From: Octopus bimaculoides
Taxonomy: Eukaryota
Length of the DNA: 64,000 nt
Assembly (NCBI RefSeq): GCF_001194135.2
Contig: NC_068981.1
Location: 147,468,268-147,532,267, forward strand
Direction of reading: 5' to 3'
Of the stretch, positions 11,810 to 24,531 are shown in pieces. The notes under the pieces are model-generated. The model did no database searches, was not told where the DNA came from, and was given only the letters and a program-made list of their open reading frames with translations. How positions within the stretch are numbered: the first letter of the stretch is position 1; every line of letters starts with the position of its first letter. A program made the translations under genes and the position numbers.

Positions 11810-11985
11810 TTGTAGTTTAGCCTCAGGTCAGATGAAACTGAGCAGACCTATGACTAAAGGCATTCCAGCCATGATGAGTGTGTCCTCCTCTTAGGTATTG
11901 CATATATAGGATTACATCATGTTATGTGTCCTACCTTTTGTAACATAGGGAGTATTTTGAGGGAGACTTGATTGCTATTTCTATT
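11810..11985 (+). repeat. Unclassified dispersed repeat (third short family)
   Basis: gtttagcctcaggtcagatg...gacctatgactaaaggcattccagccatg...gagggagacttgattgctatttcta; similar segments at about 10835, 14895(-), 33830(-), 40035 and 59040. Confidence 0.55.
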
Positions 11986-13429
11986 CCCGCAATGGCTTAA
12001 CAGTTATTGCACCAAGATGCTAGCAAATACATCTAGTTGTCGGGTCATGCATCAGATGGAATAAACAGCAGTTATTGAAGATCAGATGTTTCAACAGCTA
12101 AATAATGTCCATTGTAGCACTAACGACTGTGAATAAATATAAATGGCAGTATTTTAATATCTGTTTCAAGAAGAAAAAAAATTAATCCTATGACCAATTG
12201 CTCAGTCGATCGTTGCAGTGATGACTATTACTCCATCATCATCACATTCACCACCAATGTTAACCACCACCACCGCCACCAACACCACAAGTATGTTTCA
12301 CTTTTTAATAATTACAAACTGAAGGTGTGATTTGAAATTTTCAGTTTAAAAAAAAAGGAAAAGAAAGATGCAAATGAATATCAAAACATTTTCAACAGTA
12401 ACAACTCATGCACATCGATTAAAAGTTTATAGCATGAATATATTTAATTCTAATTATATACAACTGAAATCCATTAATCTATGGAAAGAANNNNNNNNNN
12501 NNNNNNNNNNNNNNNNNNNNNNNNNNNNNNNNNNNNNNNNNNNNNNNNNNNNNNNNNNNNNNNNNNNNNNNNNNNNNNNNNNNNNNNNNNNNNNNNNNNN
12601 NNNNATATATTTAATTCTAATTATATACAACTGAAATCCATTAATCTATGGAAAGAAAAAAAATAAAACTAGCAGGAAAAGAAGCAAGAAATTTTAAAGC
12701 AAGAGAACTGATGATGCTGGGAGTGTTCCGACAGCAGAGAAACCTGAATCTTTAAACATAAAAGACCTAACATGTTTACGCATATGCACATGCACACAAA
12801 TACACATACCACACATAATCACAAGATTACAATATGGGTTATGAATGAATATTTAAAGTCACATCTATAGATGATGAAGATGATGACAGCTATGCATTTA
12901 ATAAAAATACATTTAATCTCATAAAAGTAAGTCTGAAGGTTAAATCTTAGGGCTTTAGTAGATTGAAACAGAGACTGAACCTTCATTAAAGACTTGTCAT
13001 AGATTGCTTTACCTCTGTCTTCCAAACTCCAGAAATAGCAGAGAATTACTTAGAAGTAAAAAAAAAAAGTAAATCAGGCATAACAAAATTTACATAACGA
13101 TACAAGATTGTTGTCCAGACATTAATAACAAGAATATCAATAAAGCATCATAAACTCTTTCACAAGACAAATATCAACATCCTTTTTACACCCACTATCC
13201 ATGCTGACATGGGTTAGACAGCATATGAACACTGGACAACTTGGTTTACACACACACACACACAAGAATAGAAGCTGACAATTTCACTTCAGAGAAACAT
13301 GCTACAAATTACAGAGAGAAAAGTAGAGTAGAAAAATAGATATATCAATAGAGTGAGAGAGAAAGAAAACAGAGAGAGTGAAACAGTTTCATACTTTTAT
13401 TAATATTTAATACAACAAATGACCATAAC

Positions 13430-13697
13430 CTTTTTATCTTTTACTTGTTTCAGCCACTGGTCTGTGGCCATGCAGGGGCACCACCTTGAAGGATTTAGTC
13501 AAACAAATCGACTTATTTTCTTAAAGTCTGGTACTTATCCTATTGATCTCTTTTGCCAAATCATGAAGTAACAGGTACATAAACAAACAAATACCAGTTG
13601 TGTGTGTGTGGTGTGTGTGTGCTTGTGACACAAACACACACACACATACATATGTGGCAGGCTTCCACTCAGTTTCCATCTACCAAATTCACTCCAA
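13430..13697 (-). mobile_element. CORE SINE tail type A
   Basis: cttttacttgtttcagccac...cagtttccatctaccaaattcactc. Confidence 0.7.
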
Positions 13698-13974
13698 CTT
13701 CATTTGTAAGGTAAAACTTGTAATGAAAAGAGTGAAATAAGAAAATGATTTTTGTACTTCCTCTAAATATTTTTATATTTAAACATTTCAACAACAAATG
13801 CACAGTATTGACTGGTCAAACCCTGATGAGAAGTGGGGAGTGGGAGACAAAAAAATGGTAAAACATCTGCTACACTGTTACTACCTAATTTCCCTGGTGG
13901 CAGAATGTAACTGAAACACCCGAGGAAGGTTTTTCTGCTGCATCCTACCAACCTGTATAATGTCACAGTAAGAG

Positions 13975-14175
13975 AAAGGACAGCAATTTGTCAGAATTGC
14001 TGAAGTGTTGGACAAAATGCCTTACTGTATTTAACTGCAAACTATTATATTCAGAATTTAAATCCCACCATTTTGTCTATTACCCTTCAAGGGTTGATAA
14101 ATACTGGGGTCAATTTAATCTGCTACACTCTCCTCCAAAAGATTGTAGCCTTGTATCAATGCTAGAAATCAATAT
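13975..14175 (+). mobile_element. Decayed SINE with Meta-domain-like core
   Basis: Degenerate match to 34380-34583 (cttcaagggttgataaatactggggtcaatttaatc). Confidence 0.5.
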
Positions 14176-14364
14176 TATGTTACATTAAGCAATTTTGATA
14201 GCAATATCAATCAAACCTTTATAAAAAGTTTACGCCACATGTATATTATATATACACTCATATGTGTATGTGTGTGTATAAATAGTATCAAATGAAAATG
14301 TGGCTACTATAGCTCAGAAAGACAATAGAATAGAAAACATTAGATTATCATCTAGTAACAAATC

Positions 14365-14620
14365 TTAGTAGCAGTGGTAGCGGAGATGATGGTGGCTATA
14401 GGTACAGCATTGTAATGCATTATAGGAGTTGTGGTAATGATGGTAACATGAATGTAGAAAGAGTTCTAACTGGTGGCAGTAGTATCTTTAAAATAGCTGT
14501 GGTAATGGACAACGGTCGCGGCAGCAGAACATTTCAGCATCACTTTAGTAGCAACGGTATTTGTAGTTGAGGCAACAGTAATAGCAGTGGTGGTATAAGT
14601 AGCAGCAGATGTATAGTCTC
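14365..14620. repeat. Degenerate trinucleotide low-complexity tract (GTA/GCA/GTG)
   Basis: Runs such as gtagcagtggtagc, gtaatagcagtggtggtataagtagcagcag. Confidence 0.6.
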
Positions 14621-15599
14621 GATCAGTCGCAGGCTTGATTAATACAAACAACTTATTGATTTCAAAACAACTTCCTCCCACCTGGCATTCTTGAAGAAAA
14701 ATTTAAATTACATTCCCCCTGCTTTAAAAATAAATAAAACAGAAATATTAATCACTTTTGATTTGATTTCAGTTTTAAAATCCACAGGAATTCAAAAGAA
14801 ATCAAATTACTGAAGCTAAAACCTTCCTTAGAGGCTGGAACCCATACTGTGCCTGATGTGTATCAACAAAATGGGATTAGACTTGAACAAGACAGCCTCT
14901 AAGTGGCCACTCAGATTAGCAGAAATAGCAGCTAAATCTATATCATAAAAACAAGACACATAGGCTAATGCTGTCCTATGTATGCTTATTTGAATAATAA
15001 AACACAATAGTCATGGTTGGAACACCTTTGATCATAGGCTTGCTTTATTGAAGCTGAACTGGACAGAAGAATGATAAAAAAAGTTGGCAATTTAAATTGA
15101 TAATCACAAGCAGTCTCAGTGGAAGGAACCTGTAGAAGGGGAAGAATTGGTGAAGGTTCAGATCTAAGAATGCTGGACTTTATGAAGGAGGTGACAAGGG
15201 TGTGCAATAAGTGGCAAGATACTGTGCTGGAGAGAACCAATCTAACTAATGCAAGCAGGGGGGGGGGCAGTGATAAAATGAGGATTGCTCACAAAAACCC
15301 TAGCAAATACAAAAGTATACTGTCACAACAGCTGTCAAATAATGGATACTATCAGTGAGTGAAGTGGTGCAAGACCCTTTGCTATGTTTATTTTCATTAA
15401 GGTTTATACAAAACAAACCTTTGAAAAATGCTTCATTTTAAAAACTTCATGGAATAATACTAGTACAAAGAGAGATAGAGTTAAGAGAAATGACATATTT
15501 CACACAAGACAGTTATATGAGCCAATAACCTGGTATGTGATATAATAAGGAGACAATCCAGTGAAATAGAGAAAATTTAAAAAAATAATCATTGAGGGT

Positions 15600-15975
15600 G
15601 TGTATGTGTGTGTCTGTGTGATACAAAGTTTACTTCCAAACCACATGATCCTGCTGCATGGCATCTTAAGTAAGTGTCTTCTACTACAGCCTTGGACTAA
15701 CCAGAGCCTCATGAGTGGATTTGGTAGATGGAAACTGAACGAAGCCCCTGTCTTGACATTGTGTGATAATTTAGTGTCACTGTCATGCAACAGTGTCCTT
15801 CATTTCCAATCTTCTGTGAAAACATATCTGTCCAGGAGGAAATATTACTGCACTTGAAAACAGGAAGGTTGGCAACAGAAGGTACATACAGCCATAGAGA
15901 AATTCATATCAACAAATTCCAAGCAATCTATGCAATCATGGAAAAGCGATTGTTAAAACGATGATGATGATGATA
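15600..15975 (+). mobile_element. CORE SINE type B with RTE-like 3' tail and (GAT)n end
   Basis: gtgtcttctactacagcc...gagtggatttggtagatggaaactg, tail ggttggcaacagaagg...catggaaaagcgattgttaaaacgatgatgatgatg. Confidence 0.75.
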
Positions 15976-17375
15976 ATATAGGCTCTTGAAATTTGAATAA
16001 GTGTATGAATCATTAGAGCAAGTTGCTTTTCTTAAGGGCAACCAGTCAACTATAAACTGGACACAATCTTAGTTTCAGTTTACCTGGCTAGAGTATATGG
16101 AATAATCAGCCTTGCAGAAAGAATAATGCTATGTCAACAACAAAGGAAAACTATATCATGTATTATTATTCTAAGATTAACAACAGATACCTGCATACAG
16201 TTTCTCAAATGAAATTAATACAATGCATCAATTATGCATTTTAACCTCAAGCCAACCTTAATCCAGCAACCTTATAATTAAAGATGTTCCAGTTATGATC
16301 AACCAGTCTTATTTTTTTGTTTTAGACTATCTATCTAGGACTAACTAATCCTATATCTCCTTTTATAAAACAAGATGTGATTTAACTGCCATTTCTTGTG
16401 CATTAGTTAAAAGGTTTGAAGTATGTAACATTAGGGAAACCTTTAAGAATGGTAAATTTCTTAAAATATCTTTGGATAAACTTATGCAGAATAAATAATG
16501 AAATCAAATGTTTCCAAGGTTATTAGTTTTGTATCATCTACTCTAAATAAAGTAATTTTATTCATTAAATCCAGACAATTATTATTGATCATCATAGCTG
16601 TCAGTAGGCTGTAGTGAAATGATAACAATCTCCAATTTTCAGCAAAATTTATTTCTATAGGAATAATTAACTAATAGTCTTCTGCTGGGGTGGTATAGTT
16701 TCAACAATACCTTATTCTACATTTGGATCAATTGAGGAGGAATAGCTAAAACAACTCCTGTGGTTATGGTAAAGTGACAAATGCCATTATTAAGTAACAA
16801 ATTAAAAGCAAACAGTATTAGCTGGCCAAATAAAAAGAACTCTTGCAATAGTTGCTAGACAAGATGAGTATTGTTTGGCTAAATGGGAAGATCAAATTAG
16901 TGTCAATCAAAATTTGCAGCTAAAACAGATACACAGAAATAGCTAATTGCTTTGACTTCTAAACTATTCAAAATTCTCACTATGAATAATAAATAAATAA
17001 AACCAGAGGTATGTGGCTACAATAATAATAATTTTTTTAGGCAAATATACTCAATAACTTATCCTAGTAGATATTTTATGCCCTTCAAAGGCAAAATTTA
17101 CTTCACCAAGATTACAATTTAGATCATAAATATGGCTCTGTGCAGCAAGAAGCCTGGTTCCCAACAATATGGTTCCAGGTTCAGTCCCATTGTATGACAC
17201 CTTAGGCAAGTGTCTTCTACCAGAACCTTGGGCCAACAAGATGATTCAATGACAACAAGAACAGCTTCACAAAGGTCTCAAAGAGAGCATGAAAATCCCA
17301 ACTCCTCACCCTCATCTAATAGTATAAAGCTAAATCTCTAAAAAAAAAAAAGAAGTTTATTGCAAAGTCTAGAAG

Positions 17376-17420
<45 letters not shown>

Positions 17421-17454
17421 NNNNNNNNNNNNNNNNNNNNNNNNNNNNNNNNNN

Positions 17455-17489
<35 letters not shown>

Positions 17490-17493
<4 letters not shown>

Positions 17494-17985
17494 TTCTGCA
17501 GTTAAGAAGTTTGCTTAGCAACCATGTGGTTTTGGGTTTAGTTCCACTGCATGTCACATTGGACAAATATCTTCTACTATAGCCTCAGGCTGACCAGTGG
17601 CTTGTGAGAGAATGTGGTAAACAGAAATTGTATGGGAGTTCATCATATATATATATGTATATATATAAAATCATCATCATAATCATTTAAAATCTATCTT
17701 CCATGCTGGCATGAATTGGATGACGGAAGGTGGTAAGCCAGAGGACTGCGCCAAGCTCCACTGTCTACTTTGGTGATGGCTGAATGTCCTTCCATGTGTG
17801 TATAACCCACACACACTACTTGATAATCGTGGCAGTTTATTTATGTCCCCATAACTTGGCAGTTCAGCAAAAGAGACCAAGTAAGTGTTAGACTTGAAAA
17901 GAAAAACGTTCTGGAGTTGATTTCTTTGAATAAGCCCTTCAAGGCAGTGTCCCAGCATGGTCACAGTTCAATGGCTGAAAGGACA
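17490..17985 (+). mobile_element. CORE SINE tail type A containing a short inverted RTE-tail fragment (about 17670-17760)
   Basis: Head at 17490, core to 17640, insert catcatcat...ttccatgctggcatg...ggatgacgg, then type A tail to cagcatggtcacagttcaatggctgaaag. Confidence 0.65.
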
Positions 17986-18545
17986 CACACACACATACAC
18001 ATATATGCACACACGCACACACACACACACACACACTCACACACGACAAACACCATCCATCAAAGCTTAATTTTTTTGTCAACAACAAATTACTGTTGAA
18101 CATAAAAAACATCTCTTTTATATCATATAACAGTCTGATTCAAGTCTTTCAGCTGGCCTTATTTATATTACATTTATAGACATGACACTATATCACAAAA
18201 ATGTCTACCATAACCAGAAGCCACTAAATTGATGAACCACCACATTTTATCAAAAACTTATCCATCATTCTGTTGTATTAATTATACAAAGTGTCAGACA
18301 TAATAACAGCAATTAGTCCACGGATAACCAAGACTGCAGTCTTGTCTCAATCCATAGATGTAACCATTTTGATTCACTTAAAGTTATGGAAGCTAACATT
18401 TCCCTTTTTCCCTAGCCTTAAAAGAAAAAAAACTGTTTTTCAGTTCATGCTTGCATCTGTAAAAACTATAGAGAATATAAAGTTTTTAAACTGTACAGTT
18501 AAATTTCAAACTGAACCCTACATTTCAATGAGAAATTGATAAGTT

Positions 18546-18669
18546 GAGGGATGGGCTATGCCAGGTTTAATACGCTCAAGATACCTTATGCTATGATTAT
18601 ATGCTTCTGAGTGATGGGCTCCACCAGGTTTAAAATGTCCAAGACATGCCTTATGCTATGATTGGATGC
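18546..18669. repeat. Diverged tandem duplication, period about 63 bp
   Basis: gagggatgggctatgccaggtttaa...ccttatgctatgatt vs gagtgatgggctccaccaggtttaa...ccttatgctatgatt. Confidence 0.75.
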
Positions 18670-18829
18670 AACTACATACAGACACAGAGTTTTGGAGTCC
18701 AAATGAGAGTTGAATGAATGAATATACACCAAAATCAGGGTGAACTCTTGTCTTCAAATAGGTATAGGTTTGGGTATATAAACAAGGAAAAGTACCCAAA
18801 GCATCTAAGTAGATTATTTATTCAGAAGA

Positions 18830-19140
18830 AGGCATGGCTGTGCAGTTAAGTTTGCTTTGAAACCATGATTTCAGGTTCAGTCCCACTGTACAGCACGTTG
18901 GACAAGTGTCTGGTCCATTATGTGTGTGTGTGCACATGTATCTTTGTTTCTCAACCCACAGCTTGACATAAGGTGTAGGTTTGATTAAATCCTTGTAACA
19001 TGGCAGTTTGGTAGAAGAGACTGATGAAATAAATACCAGATTTAAAAACAGAAATAAATACTGGGGCCAATTTGTTCAACTAAACTTGTGTCCCAGCATG
19101 GCCACAGATCAATGACTTAAACAAGTCAAAGATAAAAGAT
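18830..19140 (+). mobile_element. CORE SINE tail type A
   Basis: aggcatggctgtgcagttaag...cagcatggccacagatcaatgacttaaacaagtcaaagataaaagat. Confidence 0.75.
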
Positions 19141-19189
19141 CCAAAACCAATAATTCACTCAGTCACTTAGACTGAATCATCAGTCTAGA

Positions 19190-19238
<49 letters not shown>

Positions 19239-19240
<2 letters not shown>

Positions 19241-19534
19241 GTAGTACCTCAGTTTTCAAGCAACTCTAATCACGAATATATCGTGCTTTCATCATCATCA
19301 TCGTTTAACATCCGCTTTCCATGCTAGCATGGGTTGGATGATTTGACTGAGGACTGGCAAGCCAGAAGGCTGCACCAGGCTCCAATCTGATCTGGCAGAG
19401 TTTCTACGGCTGGATGCCCTTCCTAACGCCAACCACTCTGAAAGTGTAGTGGGTGCTATTTACGGGCCACTAGTACGGGAGCCAAAGCACAATTTATTCA
19501 TGATCAGAAGCGTTCATAAAGTGAGGTACTACTG
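19239..19534. mobile_element. Foldback Tc1/mariner-type MITE with an RTE 3' UTR fragment inserted at its centre (19290-19483)
   Basis: Perfect 13-bp TIR cagtagtacctca / tgaggtactactg with TA on both sides; imperfect complementarity extends about 50 bp per arm. Confidence 0.8.
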
Positions 19535-20662
19535 TATTAAATGAATATCTGAAAGATAGGAGATAAAGTATGATTTATTCGTGATTAGCCTTGTTTGAAA
19601 ATCAAGGTACTACTATATACATATATAATCCAATTGGTAGACTTCTGCATAGCTTCCATCTCTCTAGTTTGACTCAGGAGGATTGGACTGACTTGAAATT
19701 ATGGTAAAAAAATACTAAGAAGTTCACAAACACACAGTCCCAGGATTGATCCCACTGAATGGTATCTTGGGCAAGTACCTTTTACTATAGCTTCAAGTCA
19801 ATCCAAGCTTTCTGAATGAAACTAGGTAGAAAGAAGCTGTACAGAAGTCTGTCAGTTGGATTACACCTGTAATTAAAAAGTTTAGCCTTAACATTATGCT
19901 GATTGTGCTCGAGTACTACATGAAGCATATCTGTAGACATTCAGCTGCTTATACACCAATTCAATGAGCAGGTACTTCTGTTCATCAAACAACTGGATGC
20001 TCATTATTGAAACCAACGAAGATCCAAATAATGAAGCAGAAACAACACATGCACATTTTAAGTTGAAAAATCTTATATCACCCACTGCTAGTGAAATTTT
20101 GTTGAATCCAATCTTCATGTAAATTATTTTAACTGATGACTACACCTAACAGGAAACTAAATACTAAACAACATAAGAGTCTGTATGTATGTAATCTGAA
20201 GAGTCTAAATGTCTAAACAGATTGCTCAATGCAGGCCTATTGTAAAGTATGTAGAGTTGCTGTTAATCTTTCAGCTCAGCTCTATGTTGACCAATGATTA
20301 AAGGCATTCAATTTACAGGAAACCATATTTTTTTTTTGTCTTTTTCTCCCAAATATAATGTATCTAAAAACCTCATCACCCAATATGTCTTCCTTTTGAG
20401 ACAATAACAGTATGGTCTAAGGGAGATTTGGCACCTACTTTTAACATCAATTTGTGTTACCAAAGTATATCCATTCTGCAGTTTCAGTGAGATACTTGCC
20501 TGACTACTTGTGTGACACCAACATGTGACTTTAAAAATATATAGCTGCATGCATATACACAAATATACATATTTTATTTGTTAACATTTTTCTATATCTA
20601 AAACATTTTTCTTCAACAATACTCCACAATTTTTTTATTTTTAACTTGAAAAGTTCCTTGTC

Positions 20663-20732
20663 ATTCAGAAACCTGAATGTAATTCAGAAACCTGAACATA
20701 ATTCAGAAACCTGAACATAATTCAGAAACCTG
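20663..20732. repeat. 19-bp minisatellite, 3.7 copies, each with internal palindrome TTCAG-aaac-CTGAA
   Basis: attcagaaacctgaatgta, attcagaaacctgaacata x2, attcagaaacctg. Confidence 0.9.
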
Positions 20733-21649
20733 TCCTAAAATGCCTAAACTTGAATTTAAATTCCATTGCTACTATCACAAACTGGAATTTTTCCAAATTT
20801 CATATTATTCCATTATCTGACTACAGTAACTTATTTTTCTCCTTTCTAATTTGCATTAAAAAAAAAATACTAATAAACAGGAGTTAAAAATCTTAATGTG
20901 ACCTTACATTAATAGCTAAATGACAGGTTTTCTAGTGTACTTAAGAAAGTTGATGAGTGAATCTAATCACCAACTCATGTGGAATTCAAGTCAGAAGAAT
21001 GTCAACTGACTCACTGATTGTAGCTGGAGTAAACTAATTTGAATTCAAACAGTATGGTTGGGAGAAAATAGCTCTGAAGAACATTTTGCAAACTAACTAC
21101 AGATTTAGTTAGTTCAGTTCTCACATATGTAACACAAGCAAACAACGTAACTTAAATGACAAGTTGACCAAAATTTTTGGACAATGTAGACAGGGGTTTC
21201 TCTTCATTTTCATTGCATTTACCACCTAGCAACATTTTGAAAGCAAATTTGCCCCTATTCTGTTGTTTTCAACCATTTTATACTTCTACTACAATATAAC
21301 AACTAAGAAAAAGGAAATTTAAAATAATAATGTCTGAACTTAATGCTTAAAAACAGTAATGATAAAATAGCACAGAACACTGGTATGTCACTTATTTGCA
21401 AAGTAATGATAAACAGAGATACTGGAACTAAACAGTATAAAATAAAGTTAGTATTTTTTCACAGAATAGACCTACTTCAAATTTTCTTTTCAACTTAAGA
21501 TTTACAAAAAAAAAAAAAAAAAAAAAAGTGAAAAGAAAAAAAGAAAGAAAGAAAGTAAGCACAAATCCCAAATCAACAAATTAACCCCCCTGGGTAAACA
21601 AAATTCACCCCTTGAGGGTAAGTGCCCCCACCACTCATTTTGAAAATTC

Positions 21650-21960
21650 TTTCTCCTAACTATATCTTGATTTTCTACGACCTTGCAATCCAGAATACTT
21701 CATGTATCTGACCTTCTCATCTCAGAATCCTGGCAAACCTCCTGCTTCTCTTTGGGCTATGTACACTTGTGTAACTTCTCTCTTACCTATATTATATCTC
21801 TTTTTGCCACCTACTTTCTTCCAGTCTTTTCAAGTCTCTCTCTTCGCTTTTTATTACTCTATTTACAGTACTATTTTACCACTGTATTATCTTATGTGTT
21901 ACTGGTACTTTGCCCCAGCCACAAAGCTGAGCTGTAACTTTCAGTAGATTGTGTTTTTAT
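21650..21960 (-). mobile_element. RTE LINE ORF2 fragment (linker between endonuclease and RT)
   Basis: Minus-strand translation RRFARILR*EGQIHEVFWIAR; homologous to the start of the 29405-31520 element. Confidence 0.6.
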
Positions 21961-22292
21961 GTTATATATAAACGATATAAACAAAATATACAAATGCACT
22001 CATCCTAACCATGCCAACATAGAAATGAGAAATTTAAGATTAAAGTAACCTAAAAATTGTAATAACTGTGGCTATAAATTGGTAAAGACATTACATATAA
22101 ATAAATTAACTAATAATCAGTAATAAGTGCACTATAACAACTGGACAGTAAATAACTAATATGACTGATTCTTGAGGTAAATGAATGGTCGAAACCTCAG
22201 AAGTACTTAGTATGATGGTCAGTGAGTTAGCAGACGGAATGACATTCCAGTTTCTCAGAGTGTGAAATGAGAAGGTTCTAGTACAATATCCT

Positions 22293-22678
22293 TTATTCTT
22301 CTACTTGTTTCAGTCATGCAGTGGTACCATTTTGAAAGGTTTTAGTTGAATAAATCAATTCCAGTACTCATTGTTTAAAGTCTGGTACTAATCTTATCAC
22401 TTTCTTTTGCCAAACAATTAAGTTATGGGGACAAAAACAAACAAACACCAGCTGTCAAGTGGTTACGATGGGAAACACAAACACAAAGGCACACACATGT
22501 TCACACATATATATATGATGGGCATCTTTCAGTTTCCTTCTACCAAGTCTTCTCACAAGGCTTTGATCGACCCAAAGCTACTGAAGAAGACACTTACTCA
22601 GGATGCCATACAGAGGGACTGAACCCTAAACCATGAAGTTGGGAAGCAAACTTCTTACCACACAGCGGTGCCTGCACC
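22293..22678 (-). mobile_element. CORE SINE tail type A, near full length
   Basis: ttcttctacttgtttcagtcatg...aacttcttaccacacagcggtgcctgcacctg. Confidence 0.75.
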
Positions 22679-22879
22679 TGTTTGATAGTTTGAAAATGCT
22701 GATACCCAGTATAAGTGCTGGTAATCTCCTATATGAAGGTTAGGAATATCAATCAAACAATTCATAAAGATCAGTATTCAACTAATTATTGAACCAATTT
22801 AATTCCTGATAATCTCACAACTGTGTATATTGAATTCATAAGGAAGAGTGCCATATTCAGAACACAGCATTTATAGATC

Positions 22880-23060
22880 AATCAAAATCCATAATTTATT
22901 CTCAGCGATTACCTCCATCTTTTCTAGTCAGCCAGCGTCATGTTTTCCATCAACTTCATCCTTGCCCACAGCCTAATGTTTCCCAACAAGCTGCTTTGTG
23001 GTCTTTCTAGACCTCTTTTACCAGATGCTTGTCCTTGCACTACAATATTTCCATAGTGTG
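22880..23060 (-). mobile_element. RTE LINE ORF2 C-terminal fragment
   Basis: Translation VQGQASGKRGLERPQSSLLGNIRLWARMKLMENMTLAD*KRWR matches the RTE G..GKR.RGRP...W...DR..WR terminus. Confidence 0.6.
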
Positions 23061-23509
23061 TTGCATAACCAAACCCCTTTTAGCAACTGACAGAAAAGTA
23101 TTAAAGTTTGCTATCTTCTCAATGTTGTCTCTCTTTTATAAATACCACGAAAGAGTTCCAACTAGTTGGTTAAGAAATAATGAAAATTTGAAAAAAGATT
23201 TCAGAGATAAATATTTATGAATGATTATTTGCTATCTTCTTTCGGAAGAGATAGCAAATACAGCACATTTTACAGCCACAAATAGGCAAAATGAATACTT
23301 ATATATTTAAAAGTATTGCCAACATTTCATATATTACAGATTTATCTAAAGGTATTGTTAATATAAGTGTTACAATTTGTGTTTGACTTATTATCTTAAA
23401 GAGATAAGAATCCATACATGCTTTGACCATCACTAGAAGAATGGGCTAGACAATCATCTACAGATCAAGCTAACAAGGATAAACTTTAGAAAAACAATAC
23501 AATTATTAT

Positions 23510-23960
23510 CATCATCATTGTTTAATGTCTGCTTTCCATGCTGACATGGGTTCGATAGTCTGACATGGAGCTGGCTAACAGGGATGCCCTTTCTAATGCC
23601 AACCACTTAACAGAGTGTGCTGGGTGTTTTTTACCTGCCACTGGCAGCCTCTTGAAAACCAACAGCATAATGCCCAGCCTCTTGAAAACCAACAGCATAA
23701 TGACCAAACATGTTTCCATGGTAAATTGCAAATGAGCATTACCACATGTATGGTGGTGGTTTTTGTTTACAACTACCATGCATTCTCACACATGCACACA
23801 CACTAATGCATTCTCACACATGCACACACACACATCTATGATGGACTTTTATCTACCAGATCAACTTCAAAAGCATTGATTGGTCCAGGGCTAGAGCAGA
23901 AGACACTTTTCCATGCAGCCATTCATTAGGGCTGAACCCAAACACACTGTCATGCCAGCC
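23510..23960 (-). mobile_element. Composite decayed SINE / RTE-tail copy with internal 30-bp tandem duplication (23645-23702)
   Basis: catcatcattgtttaatgtctgctttccatgctgacatggg; cagcctcttgaaaaccaacagcataatg x2; reverse CORE head at 23835-23960. Confidence 0.6.
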
Positions 23961-24039
23961 CTATACCTATAAAGGTATAGATAAGCTTTGGATCTGTGAT
24001 ACAGAAAGGTAAAAGCAGTTGAGGCTTAGGCCTCTGCCA

Positions 24040-24478
24040 GAAGTGTAGCCAGCCCACTTATGCATATCTTTCCTTCATTGGACACGAAACTCGGCTTGCA
24101 AAGACCTGTTGGGGCAAGCAAAAGTGAAATTGTGATGGCACCATCGCCTTCCTGGCACTCGTGCTGGTGGCACATGTAAAGACATTCGAGGGAGATCATT
24201 GCCAGTGTCGCTTGACTGGCTCCTGTGCAGGTGGCACGTAAAATACACCATTTTGAGTGTGGGCGTTGCCAGTACCGCCTGACTAGCATTCATACCGGTG
24301 GCACGTAAAAGCACCCACTACACGCTCTGAGTGGTTGGTGTTAGGAAGGGCATTCAGCTGTAGAAACTCTGCCAGATCAGACTGGAGCCTGGTGTAGCCT
24401 TCTGGTTCACCAGTCCTCAGTCAAATCGTCCAACCCATGCTAGCATGGAAAACGGACGTTAAACGACAACGACGACGA

Positions 24479-24480
<2 letters not shown>
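24040..24480 (+). mobile_element. RTE-associated LINE 3' end, most complete copy in the window
   Basis: Three ggtggcacgtaaa-type sub-repeats, gttaggaagggcattcagctgtagaaac, terminal ccaacccatgctagcatggaaaacggacgttaaacgacaacgacgacg. Confidence 0.8.

Positions 24481-24531
<51 letters not shown>

Noticed and set aside
12438-12657. Perfect 53-bp direct repeat on either side of an N gap
   Set aside because: Identical sequence on both sides of a gap is typical of overlapping contig ends, so it is probably an assembly artefact.
18329-18344. Perfect 16-bp palindrome caagactgcagtcttg
   Set aside because: About one such palindrome is expected by chance in 64 kb.
20663-20732. CRISPR-like palindromic direct repeats
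   Set aside because: The units abut with no unique spacers, there are no cas genes, and the context is eukaryotic.
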